From a virus (lineage: Duplodnaviria; Caudoviricetes), in IMG/VR virus record IMGVR_UViG_3300034093_000922, positions 1-62,295 of that record: 62,295 bases of DNA; one strand, written 5' to 3'. The translations under genes were made by a program, and so were the position numbers. The notes beneath the pieces are model-generated. The model made no database searches and was not told the origin of the DNA. It saw only the letters and a list, made by a program, of their open reading frames with translations. Within the stretch, counting starts at the first letter, position 1, and every line of letters begins with the position of its first letter. Positions 1 to 8,709 of this stretch are shown here, piece by piece.

Positions 1-2532
1 TGTTATTTTATCTATAGTAGTTGACTGATCAGGTTTTGATATTTCGTAGACTGTAGAATAAGACTGACCATAGCCAAAACGATCGCTAGACTCTTCAATA
101 ATGCCATCTATAGCAATAGTGCCATCTAATCTTCTTCTTGGTGATGCTCTAAAGTTAATTAAAGGAGCTGGAGGAGCAGTAAGGGGATTATCAATATCTG
201 TATAGGCAGTAGGCTCATAATTTATAAAGGTATCAGAATCTACGTATATATTAGAGATATATTCTACAGCAGAAATAGTAAAAGATTCTTCTTCTGCCTC
301 TCTACTTATACTTGTTACTTTAAATAGCTTTCCAGATTTGTTAGAATAGTAATTACCTACATTCTCAAACTGCCCTAAGCTCCATAAATCTCCTGCCCTA
401 GGAGCTATATTAGCAGTTAGACCATTAGATACTGTAAGCATACTTTTAGTAGTAGGATCAAATCTAGCAATTACTTTTACATTAGCGGTATCATACCCAG
501 AGTCTACATTACCTGTGTTAAATAGGCCATAAGTGGTGTTACTAAGTAAGAATACATCCATCTGATCACTATCAGCGCGTATAACTCTTAGGGCAATAGG
601 GTAGGTATTAGAAGTAAATACTGTATTACTCAGCCCAGGAACAGTAAAGTGCTCCAAGGTTACATTAGTGTCAGTAACACTGTTAATAGCTGTATTTGCT
701 ATAACTTTACCACCGTAACCATAAGCTATGCCAGTACCTTGACTTGCTACAGCAATTACATCTCCAGGACTTAGATGCATAGCCTCTGTACCAGTACTAA
801 ATGTAACAGTTCTTCTAATATATTTAGTAGAGGCTATTTGATATTGTGCAGCTCTTATAGCTTGGCTTCTTCTAGTAACACCCATCAATTCTAAACTAGC
901 AATGTTATCTATTGTAGAAACATCCGTTCCATCATTAGCATCAGCACTATCAATACGTACTACTTCTCTTTTAAAGTGATTTGACGGCTCAATATAACTA
1001 ATATCTACACCAGTTATAGTATCACTTTCTTTAGCTCCCGATATCTGAAAACTACCATCTTTAATAGTAGCTTCATTAAATAACATTACAGGGAATTCAT
1101 CGGGCATATCTATAGCTAAACTTAACTTGCCTCCAGAATATATAACAGCTGCTCTAATAGAAGCTGCCAAAGAGTTTAGTAAGTCCATGGTCTGACTTTG
1201 CTCAGATATAGATATATCAGTTATAAATCTTCTTTCAGCTACTACTGTACCTTTGCTTAGTCCAACTTGATTTTCTCGTATGCTAGTAAACTGCCCTCTA
1301 GGTTTATTTCTAAAAGAACCGTCAGCTAGACCACTAACACCTTTAAATGCTCCAGTAGTAGCATCGCAAGCATCAGCGTACTGAGCTATTTGATAAAATC
1401 TAAACTTATCTATATTATTTTCTGCAATGCCTAGACCATAAGTATTATTAGTAAGTATATCATATATGATCCATGCAGGATTTTGTGTCCAAGAATATAC
1501 AAAAGTACCATCCCAAGTACCTACATATATTTGTGGATTAGCAGTTGTAAGTACAGTGCCTGTACCTGACTTCTGTAATCTATAACCTGTAGTGGTTAAT
1601 GTACTAGCTGGTATTTCTATTTCTCTCCAGTCTATCTCTCCGGTTGATAAGATAGGCTGATTATAGTTACTAGGTACTTTTACAAGCAATCCTTTTACTA
1701 AAGAGGTAAAACTAGGTACGCCACCTGTATACTGATTTTCAGCTTTTATAGCGTATCCTATAACAGCAGTACGAGGATATGCTTGTCTAGAATTTTCGAT
1801 TTCATCCCAACCGATTAAGCCTACATTGTCTACTTTTTTAGAGCTATCGCTATCCAGTGAACTTTTCTCTACTGTAAATCTATAACCATCTGCTGATTTA
1901 TACTGCTCAGGTATAAGCAGTTTGATATTGAACTTAAAGGCAGTAGTGGTTTTACCTGTAATAGTTTTACTAGTGCTTGCAATTAAGGTTATACCTAATC
2001 TGTCAAATATTTTTACAGATACAGATACGGTATGCGGCTTAGTATCACCATCGTTTTCTAGAATCTGTAAACCTGATATTTGAAATTTAAAAGATATCGC
2101 GTCCCAATCAGATTGGCTAGTTTCTTGTAAGGTTATAGCACTTTTTGGTATACCTGCTACATTGCCATATTTTAAATCTACTATATTAGCAAAAGTTTGA
2201 GGAGTAATTATAGCTTCTCCAAAAACAGGCATAGGATTTTGTGTAGTAGTGCCTGTAGTAAAATTATATATAAACTTATCTGTATTAGCGTTACCATCTC
2301 CGTCTAAATTTATAAGATCATCAACACTACTATCTTGAATTTGTATATCTTGTGCTCCATTAGGATTTATTCTATATAAAGGGCCTTCTCCTAGTCCAAC
2401 TGTTACAAATAATATATCTGTAGAAAATAAACTATTTGGAGATTCCTTTGGAGTGTGTTGACGACCTTTAGATCCTACAATTCTAGGAACTAAACTATTT
2501 GCGTGTTGAATATACTGTTTAACTATAGCCAT
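1..2532 (-). CDS. Tail tip / central tail fibre protein, lambda gpJ-like (runs off left edge)
   Basis: Not in ORF track. ATG at 2532 overlaps the upstream stop (TAATG). Reads MAIVKQY..GSKGRQHTPKESPNSLFS..GLGEGP and later WDGTFVYSWTQNPAWIIYDILTN..YGLG, typical gpJ motifs. Confidence 0.85.
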   Translation of the reverse strand, partial: MAIVKQYIQHANSLVPRIVGSKGRQHTPKESPNSLFSTDILFVTVGLGEGPLYRINPNGAQDIQIQDSSVDDLINLDGDGNANTDKFIYNFTTGTTTQNPMPVFGEAIITPQTFANIVDLKYGNVAGIPKSAITLQETSQSDWDAISFKFQISGLQILENDGDTKPHTVSVSVKIFDRLGITLIASTSKTITGKTTTAFKFNIKLLIPEQYKSADGYRFTVEKSSLDSDSSKKVDNVGLIGWDEIENSRQAYPRTAVIGYAIKAENQYTGGVPSFTSLVKGLLVKVPSNYNQPILSTGEIDWREIEIPASTLTTTGYRLQKSGTGTVLTTANPQIYVGTWDGTFVYSWTQNPAWIIYDILTNNTYGLGIAENNIDKFRFYQIAQYADACDATTGAFKGVSGLADGSFRNKPRGQFTSIRENQVGLSKGTVVAERRFITDISISEQSQTMDLLNSLAASIRAAVIYSGGKLSLAIDMPDEFPVMLFNEATIKDGSFQISGAKESDTITGVDISYIEPSNHFKREVVRIDSADANDGTDVSTIDNIASLELMGVTRRSQAIRAAQYQIASTKYIRRTVTFSTGTEAMHLSPGDVIAVASQGTGIAYGYGGKVIANTAINSVTDTNVTLEHFTVPGLSNTVFTSNTYPIALRVIRADSDQMDVFLLSNTTYGLFNTGNVDSGYDTANVKVIARFDPTTKSMLTVSNGLTANIAPRAGDLWSLGQFENVGNYYSNKSGKLFKVTSISREAEEESFTISAVEYISNIYVDSDTFINYEPTAYTDIDNPLTAPPAPLINFRASPRRRLDGTIAIDGIIEESSDRFGYGQSYSTVYEISKPDQSTTIDKIT

Positions 2533-3269
2533 TAAAATTTATCCCTTACCTTAATTAGATCATTTTTTCCGTGCTGTGTTGAATCTACATAACCACTTAA
2601 AAACTGCCCAGAAACTCTAGGCATACCATAGTGTAAGGGGATAGGGGTACCGCTACTGGTTGAGTTTGTTAAAGATTCAAAAGCTCCATTCTCACGTACA
2701 GCTTCAGGCTCATTCACTGAAGGCTGTCTTTGGAATGCTCTAGTTAATACGCTCAAACCCACGCTAGTAACAAGATTTTGAGCAAAAGCAGGTAATGCTT
2801 TAAAAGCGCTAAAAACACTACCAAAGATTCCTTGGCTACCAAGAGCTGCACCAGCTTGGCCAGCCGCTCCTCCAGCCACAGATCCAGCGGCTAAACTAAA
2901 ACCCCCAGTGACAATAGCTAATCCTACAACTGCTAGAATAGCAAAAATACCACCTCTTTTACCTCCGCCACCAATAATTGCTGGTACCAGGTATATGACG
3001 TCACCTTCTCTAGCTTTAGTCATGAATAGATCATCATTAGATAGTATAGTTAAATCTTTATTTAAAAAAACATAACCTTCGTTATTAGTACCAGTAAGTT
3101 CTTGTTCCGTTAAATAACCTATAAATTTAGGGTGCATAGAGTTAATATAAAATAACACGTCTGCATAGCTAGTTATATCTACAGCATAACTAGACTGATT
3201 AAAAAATTTATTAAAGGCTGAGTGAACTTTAAGAGTTGTTAACAAGATGTGCTTCCTTAAACGTATCAA
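2532..3269 (-). CDS. Tail assembly protein, lambda gpI-like (ubiquitin-like N-domain, Gly-rich middle)
   Basis: VIYLVPAIIGGGG motif, hydrophobic Gly/Ala segment, C-terminal GTPIPLHYG; lies between K-like and J-like genes. Confidence 0.75.
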   Translation of the reverse strand: MIRLRKHILLTTLKVHSAFNKFFNQSSYAVDITSYADVLFYINSMHPKFIGYLTEQELTGTNNEGYVFLNKDLTILSNDDLFMTKAREGDVIYLVPAIIGGGGKRGGIFAILAVVGLAIVTGGFSLAAGSVAGGAAGQAGAALGSQGIFGSVFSAFKALPAFAQNLVTSVGLSVLTRAFQRQPSVNEPEAVRENGAFESLTNSTSSGTPIPLHYGMPRVSGQFLSGYVDSTQHGKNDLIKVRDKF

Positions 3270-3606
3270 ATTTTAGTGCGTCTATGTTACTATCATACCA
3301 GTATATAAAAAATTTATTATTAAAACCTACTAAAAATTTATACTCATTAAATGCCGCACTTACTTTGTCTTCTGAGCTAGGTATAGGATTATCAGAGCCT
3401 GGGTGGGAATGGAATATGCCCCATATGTTACCATCATACTGTACTAAAGCAGCTGGATCTAAAAAAAATGTAATATTTGGATTATTACTTAAATTCTTAC
3501 AAGGAATATATAAAAAATCTTTAGTTATTATACCTACTGCTTCTCTAGGATAGTAAGATAGTGCATGATTATTCATATCTTCTTTTAGCTTTGTAAAGTT
3601 TTCCAT
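3229..3606 (-). CDS. JAB/MPN metalloprotease (gpK N-terminal domain)
   Basis: YPREAVG and HSHP..PSSED JAMM motif. Confidence 0.85.
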   Translation of the reverse strand: MENFTKLKEDMNNHALSYYPREAVGIITKDFLYIPCKNLSNNPNITFFLDPAALVQYDGNIWGIFHSHPGSDNPIPSSEDKVSAAFNEYKFLVGFNNKFFIYWYDSNIDALKFDTFKEAHLVNNS

Positions 3607-4019
3607 CTGTATACCCCCACAGTATATTGTTTATAGTAAGTTCCATAAGGAGCTATCCAGCTTTTATGTTTTAGCATAGTCTGTAGCATTTTATTACGAG
3701 CAACATATAGAGCACAGTGATTAGCTACATGAGTAGAGCCTAAGCTCATAACTATGATATCGTATAGCTTAGGTTCACTTACTTTTACCCACCCTAAGCT
3801 AGGATCATTGGCAGCTTTTAATATAAATTGATCATGAGTTTTAGCGTACCAATCATCATCTACGATATTACAGTAATCAGATGCAAAATAAGGTATATCT
3901 ATATCTAGTTCTTGTTTGTATACGTACTTACATAAGTTAAAGCAGTCGATGCCTTCTATAGGATCGTAACCTAAATGTTTATAAGGTAGCCCTGTATATT
4001 TATCATACCAATTGCTCAT
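3585..4019 (-). CDS. NlpC/P60 protein (gpK C-terminal-like)
   Basis: GLPY..G..GIDCFNL and HCALY catalytic Cys/His pattern; start moved to MSNW. Confidence 0.75.
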   Translation of the reverse strand: MSNWYDKYTGLPYKHLGYDPIEGIDCFNLCKYVYKQELDIDIPYFASDYCNIVDDDWYAKTHDQFILKAANDPSLGWVKVSEPKLYDIIVMSLGSTHVANHCALYVARNKMLQTMLKHKSWIAPYGTYYKQYTVGVYRWKTLQS

Positions 4020-4392
4020 GTCTATATATAGCATATATGTAATCTATCCAATAAGTAGATAAACTATCTATACGCGATGCTCCCCCGTGCTCTACGTGTA
4101 GTAATCTATTAGGTGCTAAATAAATACCAAAATGTATTATTAACTTTGTCTTTCTTGACTTAAATGCTATTACATCATAATTTTTAAGCTCTGTCAAGTT
4201 AACTTTTACAGAATACCTTAACGCCCATTGATCTATGTATTCTGTAGTAAAGGTCTTTATCCAACTTATATCATAAGGATATGTCGGTAGACTAAACTCT
4301 AAATTTAGTTGATTTTTATAAAAGTGCTTAACTAAGGTTATGCAATCAAAAGTACCATATTCATGTTGTACGCCTAAATATTGTTGTACCAA
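4003..4392 (-). CDS. Second NlpC/P60 protein
   Basis: YGTFDCITLV and HFGIYL..LLH motifs. Confidence 0.75.
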   Translation of the reverse strand: MVQQYLGVQHEYGTFDCITLVKHFYKNQLNLEFSLPTYPYDISWIKTFTTEYIDQWALRYSVKVNLTELKNYDVIAFKSRKTKLIIHFGIYLAPNRLLHVEHGGASRIDSLSTYWIDYIYAIYRHEQLV

Positions 4393-5582
4393 GATGTGTA
4401 CTCCGGAAAGGTAGCAATAAAAGACTCATTTCTAGATAAGTCTAACTTATCATTAAACTGTTTAAACTCTTTAAGAAGATGCGAATCATCACTAGAGTTC
4501 ATATATAATATCCAGCTATTAATATTATGAATCTCGGAAGGGTCAAGTATGCTTATATATTTAGTTAGGAAACTAGTATATAATTCTGTAAGTTTAGCTT
4601 TAACATCTAATGGTAGACATGTTATAGACTGAGATTCTGGATTTATCTGTATAGTTCCATTTAAATATACATTACGTTTTTTGCACCATAGTATTAAATT
4701 AGGCATAGATGTTATGCTATATATATTAATTACAGCTCCTATAGTACTAATATGCTTTGAAAACTTATTATAATTATCTTCAAACTTTGACCAAACTAAG
4801 CCACTTCGTACATACTCTGCTTTTTTTCCGTAACCATCTACACTAGGCGATAGCTCTACGTTTTTAAAATTAGACCAGATAGCCTCTAGATCATATTTTT
4901 TATATTTTGAGTAACTTAAATTAGTGTTATAGCTTAGATTTATATTACTTGCAAGGTTACGATCTATTAAGAATTCTAACAGCTTATAGTGCCCATCTTG
5001 AACTATCGGCTCTCCACCGCCAAAATATACATCTTGTATACTAGAAGCTATATCAGGTAAACTATCCCAAAAAATAACGTTATTAGTATAATTATCTATA
5101 GCTTTATATTTTTTATAGGGATACTCTTTATACCAACTAGTAGAAGAAGCAGGTCCACACATTCTGCATTTAAAGTTGCATAGATTACCAAAACGTATGT
5201 CTAAGTATATAGGTTTATTTTTTATACTACCATCTGTAACTGTATAATCTTGTACGAAGGCATATTTAGAATACTTGGTGTTGTTACTCTGCCTGCTACT
5301 AGTAGCTCCGGCTTTTTCTTTATCATAGCAAGCTTGTTTACATTCTGTAGGTATCTCACCTTGTAAAAAACTATTTCTTACTGACTTATAATTATCATTA
5401 TTCCACACATCAAGTAAAGCTTGATCTGACGTACCTAATACTTTAGTACCACTCATGTATTCTGAGAAACAACAAAGCTTATAGTCACCTTCTATACTTC
5501 CAAACATATGAATCCAAGGTAATATGCAACCTTTAACTTTATTGTTTTGGGACTGTTCTTCCTGATGCAGGGAAACCTCCAA
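4374..5582 (-). CDS. Radical SAM protein with N-terminal SPASM/twitch-like Cys cluster
   Basis: CNFKCRMC (CxxxCxxC), FGGGEP, YNTN, SVDG; N-terminal CILPW..CC..C..C. Start (TTG) uncertain. Confidence 0.85.
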   Translation of the reverse strand: MEVSLHQEEQSQNNKVKGCILPWIHMFGSIEGDYKLCCFSEYMSGTKVLGTSDQALLDVWNNDNYKSVRNSFLQGEIPTECKQACYDKEKAGATSSRQSNNTKYSKYAFVQDYTVTDGSIKNKPIYLDIRFGNLCNFKCRMCGPASSTSWYKEYPYKKYKAIDNYTNNVIFWDSLPDIASSIQDVYFGGGEPIVQDGHYKLLEFLIDRNLASNINLSYNTNLSYSKYKKYDLEAIWSNFKNVELSPSVDGYGKKAEYVRSGLVWSKFEDNYNKFSKHISTIGAVINIYSITSMPNLILWCKKRNVYLNGTIQINPESQSITCLPLDVKAKLTELYTSFLTKYISILDPSEIHNINSWILYMNSSDDSHLLKEFKQFNDKLDLSRNESFIATFPEYTSWYNNI

Positions 5583-7110
5583 AATGTACTTGGTTATTTC
5601 TAAGAGTACAGGCAGCTAAAGACTTAGCACATACATCTCCAGCAGAATCAGCGGCAATCTGATTATTTGCAGCAATTGGATTATTATTTGATGTTAGACT
5701 AGTGCCAGGGATGGCTATACCTCCTGGTCCAGGATATTGACACTCTTCTCCTTTATACTTCCATTGACAAGTATTTTTATAGTATTTCCTCTTAGGAGTA
5801 ACTATTTTAAAGTACTGTAGCCAAGAAACTAAGCCAAAACTAGCTATATGATCATTTAAACTTTCTAACTGATTTATTTTAAATTTATCTTGTACATAGC
5901 TTTCAGTATCAGCTTTTTTATTAACTATGTATATAGGACTACCTGCTGCGGTAGCGTCGCCTAGTGGATTAGTTAAAAATAGTAGTCTATTTTCTTCTAT
6001 TGCCTGAATAGTAGCTTGTATAGTATTACCACTTGTTATTACATTATCACCTACTCTATATGGCACAGCGTTATATACTTCAATCACGTTAGAAGTAATA
6101 AAACGCGCAGTACTATATTCAGGCCAATAATCTAAGAAGTTAGCAAAAGTAGTTTTAATCTCTACTACAGCCCCAAGTAAGTCTCTAGTATCTTGTTTTT
6201 GTGCCTGCCATGTGCCATTAACTACAGCAGTTTGAGTTTTTGTAAAGCTAGCATTAGCTGTGCCATAAATACCTACTACATCACCACTATAAGCAAGACC
6301 GTTAGCACGGGCTCTAGTTAAAGACTTATATGCTTCGCTACTTGGAACTCCTACATCAGCAGGATTAGCATTAACCGTTCGGGGGTCAATACCGTGAACT
6401 TGCTCATTATTTACTATAGCTATAACAGAGTTTGAAGTATTATTACCAACTAAGAAAGGATCTTCTACTAAAGCAGATATAAGATTATCTACGTTAAAAA
6501 CGGTAAGACTCAGCTCATTAATTTTACCATCAGAGTTAATATCAAATCCTGATAGATTTACAGGAAAAGGTATATAACTTACATTATCATATATTACATT
6601 ATAAGATAAATCAGATACATAGTCACTAACTACTTCAGCAAAGCGAACAGGAAAGTCTACAGGCCAAGCTCTGCCTTCACCTTGTCCAGTAGGATTGCCG
6701 TTCTCATTAGGAGGGTACCACTCACCAGGATAGTATATAGAATAAAGTCTAACTATAGGATTTTGTGTAAATGCGTTTTTCTCAGCTATAAAGTTACTAG
6801 GAGCTGTGCTAACTATAGTAGCTATAGCTGTAGTAACATTTCCAGACATTACGTTAGATACAAAGGTGTTAGCCTGAGTAAGCATACCTAGGCTAGTTCC
6901 AGATATAACTATAGAATTGGAGTGTATAACTTCTGAAGAACTAAATTGTTGTAGAATGTTACTTAGTTTTACTTTAAGAGTATTAGCGGTAGTATTTACA
7001 TTAGCAATAACAGCTACGGTAGCAGTAGTATTACCAACAATAAAGTTAGAGGTTGCAAAACTAGCTGCATTAGAAACAGTTAGTATAACATCGTAGTTGC
7101 GAGCAGTCAT
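5539..7110 (-). CDS. Minor tail protein, lambda gpL-like
   Basis: YIPFPV..GF..DG..L.V.NV core and C-terminal CQWKYKGEECQY..DVCAKSLAAC..HFGGFP four-Cys motif. Confidence 0.8.
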   Translation of the reverse strand: MTARNYDVILTVSNAASFATSNFIVGNTTATVAVIANVNTTANTLKVKLSNILQQFSSSEVIHSNSIVISGTSLGMLTQANTFVSNVMSGNVTTAIATIVSTAPSNFIAEKNAFTQNPIVRLYSIYYPGEWYPPNENGNPTGQGEGRAWPVDFPVRFAEVVSDYVSDLSYNVIYDNVSYIPFPVNLSGFDINSDGKINELSLTVFNVDNLISALVEDPFLVGNNTSNSVIAIVNNEQVHGIDPRTVNANPADVGVPSSEAYKSLTRARANGLAYSGDVVGIYGTANASFTKTQTAVVNGTWQAQKQDTRDLLGAVVEIKTTFANFLDYWPEYSTARFITSNVIEVYNAVPYRVGDNVITSGNTIQATIQAIEENRLLFLTNPLGDATAAGSPIYIVNKKADTESYVQDKFKINQLESLNDHIASFGLVSWLQYFKIVTPKRKYYKNTCQWKYKGEECQYPGPGGIAIPGTSLTSNNNPIAANNQIAADSAGDVCAKSLAACTLRNNQVHFGGFPASGRTVPKQ

Positions 7111-8708
7111 TAATCAAAAACCTCTTTTAAGCTAAATTTTACGTCATAAAAGTTATCTGTTAAAGCAGTTCCTACAGATAAAACCTGTGTTATTTGTAGC
7201 TCTTTATCAAATCTTACAGTTATTGTACCAGCTTCGTTGATATGTGACAAGTCAAATGTAAAAGCTTCGAACTCTCCGCTTCTGGCAGCATAGAAGTTTT
7301 CTATAGCTGTTTTTTCTACTCCACTTACATTAGTATACTGCAAACTATAATCTCTTTTAGATCTTCTTGATTTTAGCCGTCTTTTTTCATACCCAGCCTG
7401 AGAAGTAAATGTATTTACATCATACTTTCTGCTAGAGCTGATACCTCTGTCTGGTTTTCTGTCAGCCATAGAGGTAAATCTATCAGTAGTAGTTACTGCA
7501 GAGTCAAAAACTCTGATACTTAGCGTATCTGTAGGATCTATTGATCCTAAAGGGGCAGCACTAGTAACTGTTTGTGGCACAGTACCCACTGTTATAGGTT
7601 GTATTGTTGCAGAATTATATCTGTTACTAGTAGCAAAGCGTGTAAAGTCTACATTACCCTTAAAATATTGGCTGATAGTATTAGCTCTACCTATTTCTAT
7701 AGGACCGGCAGTGGTAGCACTAGTAGAAAAGCTGCCTACTTTTACTCTAACATTATTTACATACAGTCCGATAACAGCAGAATTAATATCATAACTAACG
7801 GCTACGTGATAGTTAGATCCTCCATTAGCGTTTCCTCCATATAACTCTGTAATAGAACCTCCAGAGTTAACTATGAATCCTACATTAGAGTTAGCTCCTA
7901 CTAGGCGTAGAATATAGTAGTCATTGCTATCTTGATATCTAGAAAATAGAGTTTGATTAGAAGCCATGGTAGTGCCAGTAGCAGGTCTGAAGTGAGTATC
8001 TATAGTAAACTGCTGACTATGTATGTTAAAGCTATCACTAGAAGGAGCTGTTAAATAGTTACTACCACTAAATACTGCTTCATAGATACCTATAGCATTG
8101 GAAGTGGTAACAGAGCCTACGTTAGTTATTGTAGTAGCAGAAGGGCTAGAATCAGTAAAGTTACCAGTATAGTTAAGTAGTAACTTAGCAGCAGCATTAT
8201 CAGCTATATCTATTCCCTGAGAGCCTAAAAGCGCTGATGGATAAGTAAAGTTATCTGCACTTTGATATACTCCTGATAGAAATACCATAAAATCAGAAGC
8301 TGAAGATACTGAAACTCCTTCAGGAAGTGCAAAGCTTTGTGTATGAGAGTTAATAGAATAGGCATTACCATTAACTATGTTAACGTAGCTATTAGAGTAC
8401 TCTACACTGCGAGCAGTAGAAAACGTTCTTGTAGTTCTATAGCGAGCAGGTATAGCTACAGTTCTCAGCGTTAGCTGAGAAGCTTGAGGAGCTGTAAGAA
8501 AAGATACGGTAACTCCACTATTAGATATATCATAACTAGTGGTAGACTGAACTATACCATCTACAATAGCTACTACTTCACCTCTATTATCGACAGAAGT
8601 AGGAAGATTAAAGTCTACAACTGCACCAGTACTGCTATATATAACTTCAGTTACGGTTGAAAAAGCTGTTACGGGTGCTGTTGCTTGGCTTGGGTATGAT
8701 GCTGTCAT
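7110..8708 (-). CDS. Distal tail (Dit/gpM-like) protein with LamG/ConA-like insertion
   Basis: Follows tape measure; C-terminal GYEKRR..Y..IENFYAARSGEFEAFTF..VRFD; internal HVAVSYD..LYVNN..IGR..FKGNVD LamG pattern. Confidence 0.65.
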   Translation of the reverse strand: MTASYPSQATAPVTAFSTVTEVIYSSTGAVVDFNLPTSVDNRGEVVAIVDGIVQSTTSYDISNSGVTVSFLTAPQASQLTLRTVAIPARYRTTRTFSTARSVEYSNSYVNIVNGNAYSINSHTQSFALPEGVSVSSASDFMVFLSGVYQSADNFTYPSALLGSQGIDIADNAAAKLLLNYTGNFTDSSPSATTITNVGSVTTSNAIGIYEAVFSGSNYLTAPSSDSFNIHSQQFTIDTHFRPATGTTMASNQTLFSRYQDSNDYYILRLVGANSNVGFIVNSGGSITELYGGNANGGSNYHVAVSYDINSAVIGLYVNNVRVKVGSFSTSATTAGPIEIGRANTISQYFKGNVDFTRFATSNRYNSATIQPITVGTVPQTVTSAAPLGSIDPTDTLSIRVFDSAVTTTDRFTSMADRKPDRGISSSRKYDVNTFTSQAGYEKRRLKSRRSKRDYSLQYTNVSGVEKTAIENFYAARSGEFEAFTFDLSHINEAGTITVRFDKELQITQVLSVGTALTDNFYDVKFSLKEVFD

Positions 8709-8709
8709 T

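Noticed and set aside
5539-5560. C CCA AAA slippery site fusing gpL to the radical SAM
   Set aside because: The -1 frame closes after about 19 codons. The radical SAM is in the +1 frame.
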